The notes beneath the pieces were generated by a model. The model was not told the origin of the DNA. It worked only from the letters and a program-made list of their open reading frames with translations, and made no database searches. From the IMG/VR virus record IMGVR_UViG_2744054709_000002, positions 11,719 to 75,718 of that record: a stretch of DNA of 64,000 bases; one strand, given 5' to 3'. Origin of the DNA: a virus (lineage: Duplodnaviria > Caudoviricetes). Position numbers and translations under genes: made by a program. Below, one piece after another: positions 28,363-37,718 of the stretch (positions are counted from its first letter, which is position 1; each line of letters starts with the position of its first letter).

Positions 28363-29174
28363 GCGAAAGCACGACGGCAGCGGGCACGACGGGCACCGTC
28401 GCGCAGGAGCCCAGCATGTTTGATCGTGCGAAGGCCCTGCCACTGCTGCGACAGAACCGCCTGCTGTCCGTCGCCGCGCGTTATTTTCCGCAGGTTGAAA
28501 TCAGCGACGACTTCTTGTGGGAGAAGCTTCGGGCGGAGGAATCACTGGCGGAAGCGCGTTTCCGCACCTTCTTCCATCCCAGGCAGATGTTTCCCCAGGG
28601 CTACGACCAGACGGCTCTGGCGGCCCTGAACACGGCGGGTTATCCAACGTTGGAGGAGCCGGGATACGATTACGATCCGGGATTTTTCTCGGGTGACGAG
28701 TGGGGGTTCCTCCAGCTGCGCCGGACGCACATCGTGACGGTGCAGGAATTGCGGTTCTGCTACCCCAATCCGCAGGCGCCGCTCTACGTCGTTCCGTCGG
28801 ACTGGATCAGGTATGACCGGAAATATGGCCGGATCAACATCGTCGCCACCCAGACGCCGTCCAGCCTGCCGCTGAACGTATTTGTCATGGGGGCACTGTC
28901 GGGCGGCCGCACCATCCCCCTGATGCTGCAGGTCGTTTATCAGGCAGGCCTGACCAACCCGTTCCTGACATGTCCGGAGGTGCCAGATTACGTGCTCAAG
29001 CGCGCCGTGCTGTCGTTGATCGAGGACCAGTTCCTGCCCCAGTCCGGATCAGTTTCAATCGACGGGATTTCGCAGAGCCTGTCCGTTCAGGTCGCGGGGC
29101 TGGCGCAGTCTCTGGAGGGGCGTGAGAGCGTGATCGAAGGACGGCTGAACGGAATCCGCATGGGGTTTGTGTGA
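28359..29174 (+). CDS. head-tail adaptor (neck) protein
   Basis: Position after capsid gene; YQAG and SVSIDGISQS. Confidence 0.65.
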   Translation: MSESTTAAGTTGTVAQEPSMFDRAKALPLLRQNRLLSVAARYFPQVEISDDFLWEKLRAEESLAEARFRTFFHPRQMFPQGYDQTALAALNTAGYPTLEEPGYDYDPGFFSGDEWGFLQLRRTHIVTVQELRFCYPNPQAPLYVVPSDWIRYDRKYGRINIVATQTPSSLPLNVFVMGALSGGRTIPLMLQVVYQAGLTNPFLTCPEVPDYVLKRAVLSLIEDQFLPQSGSVSIDGISQSLSVQVAGLAQSLEGRESVIEGRLNGIRMGFV

Positions 29175-29842
29175 TGCTGCCGAATGTCGCGGTATGCAAT
29201 GCCCTGTTATCCTCCACCGGCGGTCTGGGGCAGAACATTTCGTGGGAACCGTCTGCGCCGTGCCCGTGCATTGGCGGCACGCTGAACGCCCCGCAGCCCA
29301 ACTGCCCGCAATGTCATGGCATCGGCCATATCTGGTTCGCGGCGCAGGCTGCCTGGTCGGCGATGACCTCCATGAAACTGGTCCGGCAATGGGCGCAGTA
29401 CGGGGAATGGATGAGTGGCGACATCGTCATGTCTATCCCGTCCGATTCCCCATTTTTTGCAGCAGGAGAGTATGACCGCGTCACCCTCTCGCAGTCGAGC
29501 GAGCCATTCGGGCGCACCATTACCGTGGGAGAGAACGACCGCCTGGCGTTCACACCCCTGAGCATTGATCGTGTGTTCTGGCTCTCAGCCGATGGCAGCG
29601 AGATCATCACGGGGGGCATTCCCGTGGTGAACGCGGACGGGACGTTGACGTGGCCTGCGGATCTGCCAGTGCCGGCGGCAGGGCAGACCTTCACCATGAC
29701 CGGTCGCCGGTCGCCGCTGTATTTCCTGTTCCGTGACTTCCCCCAGGATCGCGAGCACGCGTCTGGCTTACAATTGCCGCGCCGCGTCGTGTTGCGCAAA
29801 TTCGACCTGCTGGGTGCAACGCAGGGGGGGGTGACGCGGTGA
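29171..29842 (+). CDS. neck/head closure protein
   Basis: PCPC..PNCPQCHGIG Zn motif; synteny. Confidence 0.6.
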   Translation: MMLPNVAVCNALLSSTGGLGQNISWEPSAPCPCIGGTLNAPQPNCPQCHGIGHIWFAAQAAWSAMTSMKLVRQWAQYGEWMSGDIVMSIPSDSPFFAAGEYDRVTLSQSSEPFGRTITVGENDRLAFTPLSIDRVFWLSADGSEIITGGIPVVNADGTLTWPADLPVPAAGQTFTMTGRRSPLYFLFRDFPQDREHASGLQLPRRVVLRKFDLLGATQGGVTR

Positions 29843-30690
29843 GCCGCATCCGGGCCTCTGTCCTGACAGACCTGAACCTGCTGCGTGGTATCGGAGACCT
29901 GGGGGGGGAGTTCCCGACTGTCGCGCACGCCGTTTCCGTTCTGGCGGAGCAGGCACAGGACATGTGGAAGTCGTATGCGAACGGTGCCCCGCTGCCGGGC
30001 GGCGGCGTGATCCGGTCACGCACCGGGGAATACGCGCGCTCGATCAATATCCGGCGGCTGAACGCATTTTCTGCGGAGGTTTATTCCGATCTGGCCTACG
30101 CCAGGGTGATTGAGGAAGGCTGTCCCGAATATGACATGAAGAAGATGCTGGACAGTTCGATCAAGGTCCGCGTCTCAAAGGCCGGCCGCCGGTACCTGAT
30201 CATTCCTTTCCGGTGGGGAACACCCGGGTCCGTGATGGGCAACAACATGCCCAAGTCGGTCCATGGCTGGTGGAAGGGAAAGCGGGAGCGGTCGCATATC
30301 ACCCTGCATACCAGCCGTCCGTCGGGCACCGGCATATACGACATGCGGACCCGGCGGCGAGTGACGGTCGATGCCTGGAAATATAAATGGGGTGACCGGC
30401 TGACCGGAGACACCCTTGATCAACTCGGCCACGGCGGGACGAAGCTGGGTGCGCGCATGGCGGGCATGGTGAATTTCCGAAAGCCCGGCGGTAACGGGGG
30501 CGGCGCGCATTCGAAATACCTGACGTTCCGCGTCATGTCGGAGGGCTCAACCGGCTGGATCCGGCCCGCGCAGCCCGGAAAGTGGCCTGCCAGAACGGTC
30601 TCCGAACAGATGGAGCCTGCGATGGAGGAGATTCTGTCGAAGGCGCTGGAAACCGACATCACCAGCCTGGTCGGCGGCGAAGCATCCTGA
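29839..30690 (+). CDS. tail completion/neck protein
   Basis: RTGEYARSI, YARVIEEG, YLIIPFR, YLTFRVMS. Confidence 0.6.
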   Translation: MSRIRASVLTDLNLLRGIGDLGGEFPTVAHAVSVLAEQAQDMWKSYANGAPLPGGGVIRSRTGEYARSINIRRLNAFSAEVYSDLAYARVIEEGCPEYDMKKMLDSSIKVRVSKAGRRYLIIPFRWGTPGSVMGNNMPKSVHGWWKGKRERSHITLHTSRPSGTGIYDMRTRRRVTVDAWKYKWGDRLTGDTLDQLGHGGTKLGARMAGMVNFRKPGGNGGGAHSKYLTFRVMSEGSTGWIRPAQPGKWPARTVSEQMEPAMEEILSKALETDITSLVGGEAS

Positions 30691-30720
30691 CATGGTGCCC
30701 GCTTGGTATTGAGACGGGAA

Positions 30721-30742
30721 GATTGCATGCATGCATGCAATC
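30721..30742. repeat. (WGCW)n perfect palindrome
   Basis: GATTGCATGCATGCATGCAATC. Confidence 0.75.
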
Positions 30743-30789
30743 CAACCAGCAAGACGACAGCGAGGACTGATTGACTGTTGGCCGCCATG

Positions 30790-30804
30790 TCGTGACGGCA
30801 TCAT
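30790..30804 (+). promoter_or_regulatory. putative late promoter, leaderless
   Basis: TCGTGACG-G-CATCAT, 6 nt, ATG 30811. Confidence 0.8.
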
Positions 30805-30810
30805 GCGGGC

Positions 30811-31632
30811 ATGAGCATTGTCGCATCTCCCCTGGCCTGTGGTTCTGCCGTGCGCCTGATTGTTTCGCCTCCTATAGGGGCACGGTACTGGCGGTTGCTG
30901 CGTGGCACGGTTGCCCCGACCGGCCCTGACGATCAGGCCGCCACGGTGCTGGCGTCGTGCAGCACAGTGACGGACCGGCTGGACTGGCAGGGGCTGACTG
31001 ACGGGACGCCCTACAGCTACGCCGTCTATTATTGGGACGGGTCAGAGTGGAGCGCGCCGGATACGGCCCAGGCAACGCCTGCGCAGGCCATGGATTTCGA
31101 TGCAGTCGAGCCCGTTTCCGTTCTGCTGGAGCGATTCCGCAAAGGGGTAGCGGCAGAACTGGCGGCGGCCCGGATGCAGGTTCCCTCCGGGGAAATCAAG
31201 GTCGTGTCGTCTCCGCTGATGTCAGACGGCCGCGCCACGTGGCCGATGGTGGTCGTCCACCTCAACAGCAGCACGCCGTTTGCCCAGTTCGTGGGTGACG
31301 AGGTGCGCCCTCCGACCGACAACGGCGACGGGACTGTGTCGGTCTGGAAGGGCGAGATCTACGATTACAACGTCACGGTCTCCGGATGGTCTCCCAACGA
31401 GGTCGAGAGGCTGTCATTGCGCAAGATGATCTGGCGCATCTTCGAGGCCAATCGCCTGCTGCTCGCTGATCTGGGGTTCATGAACGCCACGCTGTCGCAG
31501 CGGGATTCCGAGGACCTTGAGCAGAAGAACTGCCCCCTGTTCATTTCGGAAGGGGTCATCTCCTTCCAGATGATGCACTGGACAGCCGAGATCGTGCCGA
31601 AACTCCAGTCAATTACCGTGAAATATGCCTGA
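30811..31632 (+). CDS. probable tail terminator protein
   Basis: WPMVVV motif; upstream of sheath; positional call. Confidence 0.55.
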   Translation: MSIVASPLACGSAVRLIVSPPIGARYWRLLRGTVAPTGPDDQAATVLASCSTVTDRLDWQGLTDGTPYSYAVYYWDGSEWSAPDTAQATPAQAMDFDAVEPVSVLLERFRKGVAAELAAARMQVPSGEIKVVSSPLMSDGRATWPMVVVHLNSSTPFAQFVGDEVRPPTDNGDGTVSVWKGEIYDYNVTVSGWSPNEVERLSLRKMIWRIFEANRLLLADLGFMNATLSQRDSEDLEQKNCPLFISEGVISFQMMHWTAEIVPKLQSITVKYA

Positions 31633-31646
31633 CCGGGAAACACACG

Positions 31647-31958
31647 ATGACCGATGAGTCCACCCAATCCGCCACTGCCGCATCGAGTGCAACGGCGAAT
31701 GCCAAACCGGCAGCATCCTCTGCTTCCGGCACGGGGGGCGCAGCCGCCCAATCTACTGCGGTCCCTGCGGCGCGCGCGGGCGCATCCCCGGCGCAGCCCC
31801 GCATGTCGGCCGCCATGTACTGCGCGCGGCTTGCACGAACGCGCGGGCAGGAGATCGCGGGGCTTTTCCGCTCCTATTGCGCGAAAAACAACCTGCATTT
31901 TGCAACGGTGGCGGATTTTGACGCGCGTGTCGCGGACGTCCTGAAGACGGAGGCCTGA
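31647..31958 (+). CDS. hypothetical protein
   Basis: 103 aa, directly upstream of sheath. Confidence 0.55.
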   Translation: MTDESTQSATAASSATANAKPAASSASGTGGAAAQSTAVPAARAGASPAQPRMSAAMYCARLARTRGQEIAGLFRSYCAKNNLHFATVADFDARVADVLKTEA

Positions 31959-31959
31959 T

Positions 31960-33750
31960 ATGGCGGACAGCACCCTGATCAACGGATCGGCGACATACAC
32001 GCCGGGCGTTTTCTCCTCCACCTCCGACACGGCGATGAACCCGGTTTCGGCCGGGACAGGCAATATCCTATGCGTGATGGGGATTTCCACTGGTGGAAAG
32101 CCGAACACGCTGCTCGGGCCGTTCGCGACGCCGGCGGCGGCAGCGGACGTCCTTGTGGGCGGAGAACTGCTGACGGCGGTCCAGAAATGTTTTTCCGTCT
32201 CCGACCAGGTGGACGCGCCCTCGACCATCTATGCGGTCAACGTGGGATCGGCTCCTGCCGGGACGCTGACCCTGAAGGACACCGCCGGGAACGACGCGAT
32301 CAATCTGGTCACGGACCAGTATGGGACGGTCGCCAATACCGCTCAGATCGCGGTTTATGCCGGGACCGTGCAGGGCAGCGAGATCAGCGTGGGCTATGCC
32401 GGGCAGCAGGCCATCACGCAGGACAATATTGCCCGGGGTGCGTTTGGGGTCGCCTACACGGGGGCGGGAACGGGTGCTACGATCACCGTGGCGTCCGAAA
32501 GCGTGACGCTCGCCGTCGGCACCACTACCACCGTACTGGACCTGAACCAGTATCAGTCCATCGCGCAGTTGGTGGATGCCATCAACACCGTCTCCGGGTT
32601 TGAGGCGACGATCGTCGCGACAGCGGTCAACCAGACGGCGCTCAACTCTCTCGATCCTGTCACGGCGGAGGCGCTGACATCCACGCCATACGCTGTCACG
32701 GCCAACCTGCAGGCACAGATCGATTTCCTCAACAGCACCGCAGGCGGCGGTATTTTCACCGCGACGCGCGCGACCACGGCCACAGGACCTGCGGCCCCCG
32801 CCGGATGGCAGTCGCCCGCGCCGGTCACGGTGCCTGCGCCACTGGTGACGGACTGGACGAATGCCCTGACGATGCTGCAGTCCTCGGACGTGAACTGGCT
32901 GGCGATCCTGTCGCCGAACCCGGCGGTATGGGCCGCCGTGGATGCGCATGTGCAGTACATGTCCAAGACCGCACAGCGGGAGCGGCGGGCGTGGGTCGGG
33001 CCGGATGTGGGGATGTCCCTGTCGGATGCGGCGGCACTCGGCGTGCAGCTCAACAGCGATCGCGTGTCCATCGCATGGCCCGGTTTCTACGGCTACGACG
33101 CGAACGGCAACGAGACGCTCTATCCGCCCTATATGACCGCGGCGCTGATCGCATCGGGATTTGCCGGCCTTTCGCCGGGACAGACTATGACGAACGTCGC
33201 GCTGGACGTCATCGGGCCGGAGGTCGCGGTGAACATCCCGACGGATACCGACGTGCTGATCCCGGCCGGGATCACGCCCATTGCGCAGGGACGCAGCGGC
33301 ACGACGATTGTGGTGCGGGCGATTACCTCCTGGTTGAACGACAATTATTACGACCGGGTCGAGGTCAGCACCGGGGCTGCGGCCGATTTCACCAACCAGC
33401 AGGTCAGGAGCGCCGTGGAGGCGCGCCTGGGGTCGGATGCCGCGCAGGGAACGGGCGTTTCTCCTGTCACGATGAACGGCTGCCTGTCCGATGCCGAAAC
33501 GGCCCTGAACTATTGCGCGACGCCGCGTCCGCTTGGTCCCGGGGTGATCGTCGGCGATTCCAGTTCCCCGGCATGGGATGCCCTTACTGCGGTTGCCAGT
33601 GGCGACACCATTGAGATCACGTTCAATTCGCAGCCGGTTATCCCGCTGAATTTCATCAAAACCAACAATGCCCTGCGCCCCTACACGGGCACGGTAACCG
33701 TCAACGTCTCGTCCACCGGTAGCGCCTCCGGCGGCACGACCAGCAGCTGA
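31960..33750 (+). CDS. tail sheath protein
   Basis: YTPGVFS N-terminus, HVQYMS..ERR, PVIPLNFI C-terminus. Confidence 0.9.
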   Translation: MADSTLINGSATYTPGVFSSTSDTAMNPVSAGTGNILCVMGISTGGKPNTLLGPFATPAAAADVLVGGELLTAVQKCFSVSDQVDAPSTIYAVNVGSAPAGTLTLKDTAGNDAINLVTDQYGTVANTAQIAVYAGTVQGSEISVGYAGQQAITQDNIARGAFGVAYTGAGTGATITVASESVTLAVGTTTTVLDLNQYQSIAQLVDAINTVSGFEATIVATAVNQTALNSLDPVTAEALTSTPYAVTANLQAQIDFLNSTAGGGIFTATRATTATGPAAPAGWQSPAPVTVPAPLVTDWTNALTMLQSSDVNWLAILSPNPAVWAAVDAHVQYMSKTAQRERRAWVGPDVGMSLSDAAALGVQLNSDRVSIAWPGFYGYDANGNETLYPPYMTAALIASGFAGLSPGQTMTNVALDVIGPEVAVNIPTDTDVLIPAGITPIAQGRSGTTIVVRAITSWLNDNYYDRVEVSTGAAADFTNQQVRSAVEARLGSDAAQGTGVSPVTMNGCLSDAETALNYCATPRPLGPGVIVGDSSSPAWDALTAVASGDTIEITFNSQPVIPLNFIKTNNALRPYTGTVTVNVSSTGSASGGTTSS

Positions 33751-33761
33751 GGGAGCGCGTC

Positions 33762-34193
33762 ATGATCACCACACGGACGAACGTCCATACCCAGTCGGGG
33801 AACCGCATCATCATCGAGATGGGCGGCGCGCGGGTCGGGCTGATCCAGAGCTGCTCCCCCAGCGACGATTACGGTCTGGAACCTGCGACAGGGGTGGGTG
33901 ACATCCATGTGTCGGAGTGGGTGCCCACGCTTGCGCGGCATACCCTGTCCGTTCGCCGGATGATGCTGATCACTCAGTCGCTGCGCAATCTCGGGATTGC
34001 CACCATCAACGGCGATAACGCGCTTCAGGGTCTGGTGTTCGACATCCTTTTCTTCAGCCGCGACAGTGGCGAGGTCATGCGGAAATACGTCAGCTGCTCG
34101 TGGGGGCGTGGCGCGGTTGATGTCAGCGCCAACCGGATCACGATGGAGGAGGGGACGCTCTACGCCCTTGATGCAGCGGGGGTTGACCTGTGA
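33762..34193 (+). CDS. tail tube protein
   Basis: 143 aa after sheath; VGLIQS..DDYGLEP..GVGDI. Confidence 0.8.
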   Translation: MITTRTNVHTQSGNRIIIEMGGARVGLIQSCSPSDDYGLEPATGVGDIHVSEWVPTLARHTLSVRRMMLITQSLRNLGIATINGDNALQGLVFDILFFSRDSGEVMRKYVSCSWGRGAVDVSANRITMEEGTLYALDAAGVDL

Positions 34194-34597
34194 ACAAAAC
34201 GCTGTCGGTGCCGGTCGAGGGGATCGGTGATTTCGTATTCCGCCATCGCACGATGCGCGACGATATCCGCATCCAGGCGGAGATCGGGCGACTGCTGGGA
34301 GGTGATGCGGGTGAAGTGGGGGAGGTCGCGGTGGTGCGCGCGGAATCCTTCGCCACGATTTCCATTCTTCTGCAGGAGGGGCCGCCGGGGTGGAATGCGG
34401 AGGCCCTGGACCCGCTGGATCGGGACGCATCGAAGGACATCCTGAAGGTATGGGGAGCCCTCCGCAATGCGGAGGACGAATTTCGTGGCGTCACTGCCAC
34501 GAATGGCGCGGGAACGGGCGCTGGAGCGGTGCGATCAGATCCGGTTCCGGTGGCGGCGCCAGTACAACCTGCCCCCGACGGACCCGCGATACCTTGA
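34190..34597 (+). CDS. tail assembly chaperone (G-like)
   Basis: Between tube and tape measure; in-frame TTT CGT at 34481. Confidence 0.75.
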   Translation: MNKTLSVPVEGIGDFVFRHRTMRDDIRIQAEIGRLLGGDAGEVGEVAVVRAESFATISILLQEGPPGWNAEALDPLDRDASKDILKVWGALRNAEDEFRGVTATNGAGTGAGAVRSDPVPVAAPVQPAPDGPAIP

Positions 34598-34793
34598 AAT
34601 GACGGTGGGCGAGATGCTGGAGGACCTTCTGTGCCACCAGTTCCTCGACCACCCCGAAACCCGGGCCACGATGATCACCGACGACTTTGATGAGGAACTG
34701 GCGCGTCTGGAAGCAGAGGCTGCCAGGGACCCGGCGTCCCCTGCTGATGGAGGGACGGATATCCCTGATGATTTCATCGACCCGGTGGTGTGA
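34467..34793 (+). CDS. tail chaperone extension (T-like), probably reached by +1 frameshift
   Basis: +1 frame overlapping the previous gene; WRRQYNLPPTDPRYL. Confidence 0.7.
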   Translation: MRRTNFVASLPRMARERALERCDQIRFRWRRQYNLPPTDPRYLEMTVGEMLEDLLCHQFLDHPETRATMITDDFDEELARLEAEAARDPASPADGGTDIPDDFIDPVV

Positions 34794-34802
34794 GGAAGTA
34801 GC

Positions 34803-37718
34803 GTGAGCGTCAAGATCCCCATTGAGGCGGACGTCCAGCAGTCCGTCCGTGAAATCGACCAGATCGCGGCCGCCCTGAGCCGGGCCGGGCAGCAGGCGCA
34901 GAAGCTGTCCGATGTCGATTTCAGCCACCCGGAACTGAAGGAGTTGCAGGCGGACCTCACCCGGATCCAGAAGCAGTGGGAAGATGTCCTGCGCCTGAAA
35001 CAGGGGCAGACCAGCCAGCGGGTCCAGCAGGGCGTCGCGGAGGGCGCGTTCACGGGACCGCTCGACTTTCCTGCCGGCGCAGCCCGGCAGGTGCCCGATC
35101 CCGCGCAGCAGCGGGCCTATATCGACAATGTGCTGGGGCGTGTTCTGGAGGGAACGCGTTTTGATCCCGACCTGACCCCTGTTCCCCGTCGCGCGCCAAC
35201 CGGCGGAAGTGGTCCTGCCGAGACGTCCGAGGAAAAGGAAAACGACCGGGAGGAGGGAGAGGCCGAAAACCGTGTCCGGTCTGGATCCGGGCCAGCGCCC
35301 GAACCGACCGTCATCAATGCTGGCGGCGCTGGCGGGGCGGGCGGCGCAGCAGGGGGAGCATCAAGAGGCGCGGGAGGGGCCGGAGGCGGGGTCGATCCCA
35401 AACTCGCTGCCCTGTCCCGTTTCCGGGGCGGCCCCGTTGTCGGCGCGATGCTGGGGGCGGCGGGCATTGGCGGCGGCCTGCGGTCCATCACGTCGCATGT
35501 CCAGCAGGCCGAGCGCGAACAGGTCATGAATGACAGCCTGATGCGGCGCATGGGAGACACCAGCACCGGGTTCGCGGAACTGTTGCATAACGTGCGCAAC
35601 GTGTCGTCGTCGCTGCATGTCCTGCAGACGGAGGGGCAGTCCCTGACCGAGGAGTGGGTCAGGATTGCGAACGAAAGCCGGTCCGGTGCGGCGTTGGCCA
35701 ATGTCGAGATGGCGGGGAATGTCGCCCGCGGGTATGGCGTTGCCCCCTCCACCATGGTGCAGGGTTTCGCCCGGGCAAGCTTCGCGGGGGAGGACCCGCG
35801 CAGGTTCGCGCTGATGCTGGCGGACGCGGTCCAGGACGGCCACATGAACGGCCAGATGGAAAACGTCATGCAGTCCATGCTGCGCTGGTCGGAGAACGCG
35901 AACCGGCAGGGGCAGGAACGTGGACTGGGTGATTTCGCACATCTGATGACCGCCATGAACGCCAGCGGCGATCCGGCGGTGCGTGGTGAGAACGGGGAGA
36001 ACCTGATCAACACAGCGAATGCCGCCATTTCCCACGGCGGCGGGGCAGGGATGGCGGGGCAGGTGATGTCGCTGATGTCGATGTCGCGGCACGGATCGCG
36101 CAGTGTCTACCAGTCCCAGTATCTTTTGTCGCAGGGCATGTTCGCGCGCGCGCCGGATGGCTCCATGGTGCTCGACGACATCATGGGCACGATCAGCCAG
36201 ATGTATCGTGGACGCCCCGATGAGGACAGGTTCGTCGGTGGGGGCAATTACATGGGCATGAGCCCCGCACATTACCAGCAATTCGAACGGTACTGGAGGA
36301 GTGCCCAGACATCTCAGGCTGCGAACGGGGGCGTGGACGGATATCTTCGTAAAATCGGCGTTGACGCAAGTACGCTCAATATGAGCGGCCTGAACGATAT
36401 CATGCAGACCATGGACAGCCACGCGGACCTTGGGGCGATCCGTCAGCGGCTGATGGCCCGTACAGACCTGAGCACGGCAGACCGCACCGCCCTCAGGGAT
36501 GCCGGGACGAATAACCCTGAAGCCTTGCGTGCTGCGGAGGTGCGTGCGTTTGCCAACTCCGGTCTGGAAAATACCATGGGGCGTCGTGTCGCGGATTCCG
36601 GTGCTGATGCTTCCAATGTCCTGACCAATGCGGCGAGTACACTGGTGGGGCCGATTACCCAGTTGCGTGAGGAAATCGGCAAACTGCAGGGACCCGTGCA
36701 GACGATTGCCGAGCATCTGGGAGACGGAACAACTGGCGAAAGTCTTACGTCCGTGGCGGGCTGGATGACGGCGGGCGCCGCCGGGATCCTTGGGCCTGGG
36801 ATTGCAAGAAAAGTCCTGACGTCTGGTTTCCGGGGCATGTTCGGTGCGGCCCGCGCTGCTGGTGCCGGAGCCAAAGCCGTCGAGGGTGGCGCGGCCGCTG
36901 CAGGCGCCGCAGTGGGGGCTGGCGCTGCGGTGACGGCGGGGGTTGGGTTGGGGGCCGTTGTTCCAGGCGTGGTGGGGGGATACCAGAGTTATCGGCAGCA
37001 ACAGAATATCCAGGCATTTCGGAACAACCCGGAGCAAATTGCTAAGGCACGTCAGATGATGACGTATTTCGAGCGGCGGGATCATTTGACCCATGCTGGG
37101 GCATCTGTGCTCGTCGGAGGACTGATGCAGGAATCTGGTCTGCAGGCAAACCGTGCGGAGGTCGGTGGCTCTGGATATGGATTGGGCCAGTGGACAGACC
37201 CCAGCCGTGTGCGTGCGTTTGCAGTTGCCGAGGGCGTAGACCTGCGCCATTCTACTGAGGAGCAGCAGTTAGATTTTATCCACCGCGAACTGAATACGAA
37301 ATATCGAGCCCAGTTAAATCAACTGCAATCCTTGGGGCCTTACGCAGACATAGGGGCTGCCTCACGTTCGTTTGGTCATGGATATGAAGGATACGGCATT
37401 GAAGGCGCGCGCGGAGGGTACGCAGACGTCCTGAACAACCTGCCGCGGGATCTGCGTCCTGCGGATCCGGCGATGCCAAAGGCGATGCGCTCCTCAGGGC
37501 AGCCCGGGCAGGGGAGTGTTGGTGGTGGCAGATCGGGCGATACCACCCACCACGTCAGGGGATCTGTTACTCTGCTATATCCCAACGGGGCTACGCAGGA
37601 TGTGCCGCTCAACATGTTCTCCCTCGCGAGCGGTCCTCCAGTCTCCCCTACGCCCGCAGGGATGCCGTCGCACGAGGCCAGTGCGTACGGACAGCCCCGG
37701 CGGCAGGGGGTCTACTGA
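34803..37718 (+). CDS. tape measure protein with C-terminal tail lysozyme domain
   Basis: 971 aa, Ala/Gly-rich; LMQESGL, GYGLGQWT, QQLDFIHREL. Confidence 0.85.
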   Translation: MSVKIPIEADVQQSVREIDQIAAALSRAGQQAQKLSDVDFSHPELKELQADLTRIQKQWEDVLRLKQGQTSQRVQQGVAEGAFTGPLDFPAGAARQVPDPAQQRAYIDNVLGRVLEGTRFDPDLTPVPRRAPTGGSGPAETSEEKENDREEGEAENRVRSGSGPAPEPTVINAGGAGGAGGAAGGASRGAGGAGGGVDPKLAALSRFRGGPVVGAMLGAAGIGGGLRSITSHVQQAEREQVMNDSLMRRMGDTSTGFAELLHNVRNVSSSLHVLQTEGQSLTEEWVRIANESRSGAALANVEMAGNVARGYGVAPSTMVQGFARASFAGEDPRRFALMLADAVQDGHMNGQMENVMQSMLRWSENANRQGQERGLGDFAHLMTAMNASGDPAVRGENGENLINTANAAISHGGGAGMAGQVMSLMSMSRHGSRSVYQSQYLLSQGMFARAPDGSMVLDDIMGTISQMYRGRPDEDRFVGGGNYMGMSPAHYQQFERYWRSAQTSQAANGGVDGYLRKIGVDASTLNMSGLNDIMQTMDSHADLGAIRQRLMARTDLSTADRTALRDAGTNNPEALRAAEVRAFANSGLENTMGRRVADSGADASNVLTNAASTLVGPITQLREEIGKLQGPVQTIAEHLGDGTTGESLTSVAGWMTAGAAGILGPGIARKVLTSGFRGMFGAARAAGAGAKAVEGGAAAAGAAVGAGAAVTAGVGLGAVVPGVVGGYQSYRQQQNIQAFRNNPEQIAKARQMMTYFERRDHLTHAGASVLVGGLMQESGLQANRAEVGGSGYGLGQWTDPSRVRAFAVAEGVDLRHSTEEQQLDFIHRELNTKYRAQLNQLQSLGPYADIGAASRSFGHGYEGYGIEGARGGYADVLNNLPRDLRPADPAMPKAMRSSGQPGQGSVGGGRSGDTTHHVRGSVTLLYPNGATQDVPLNMFSLASGPPVSPTPAGMPSHEASAYGQPRRQGVY

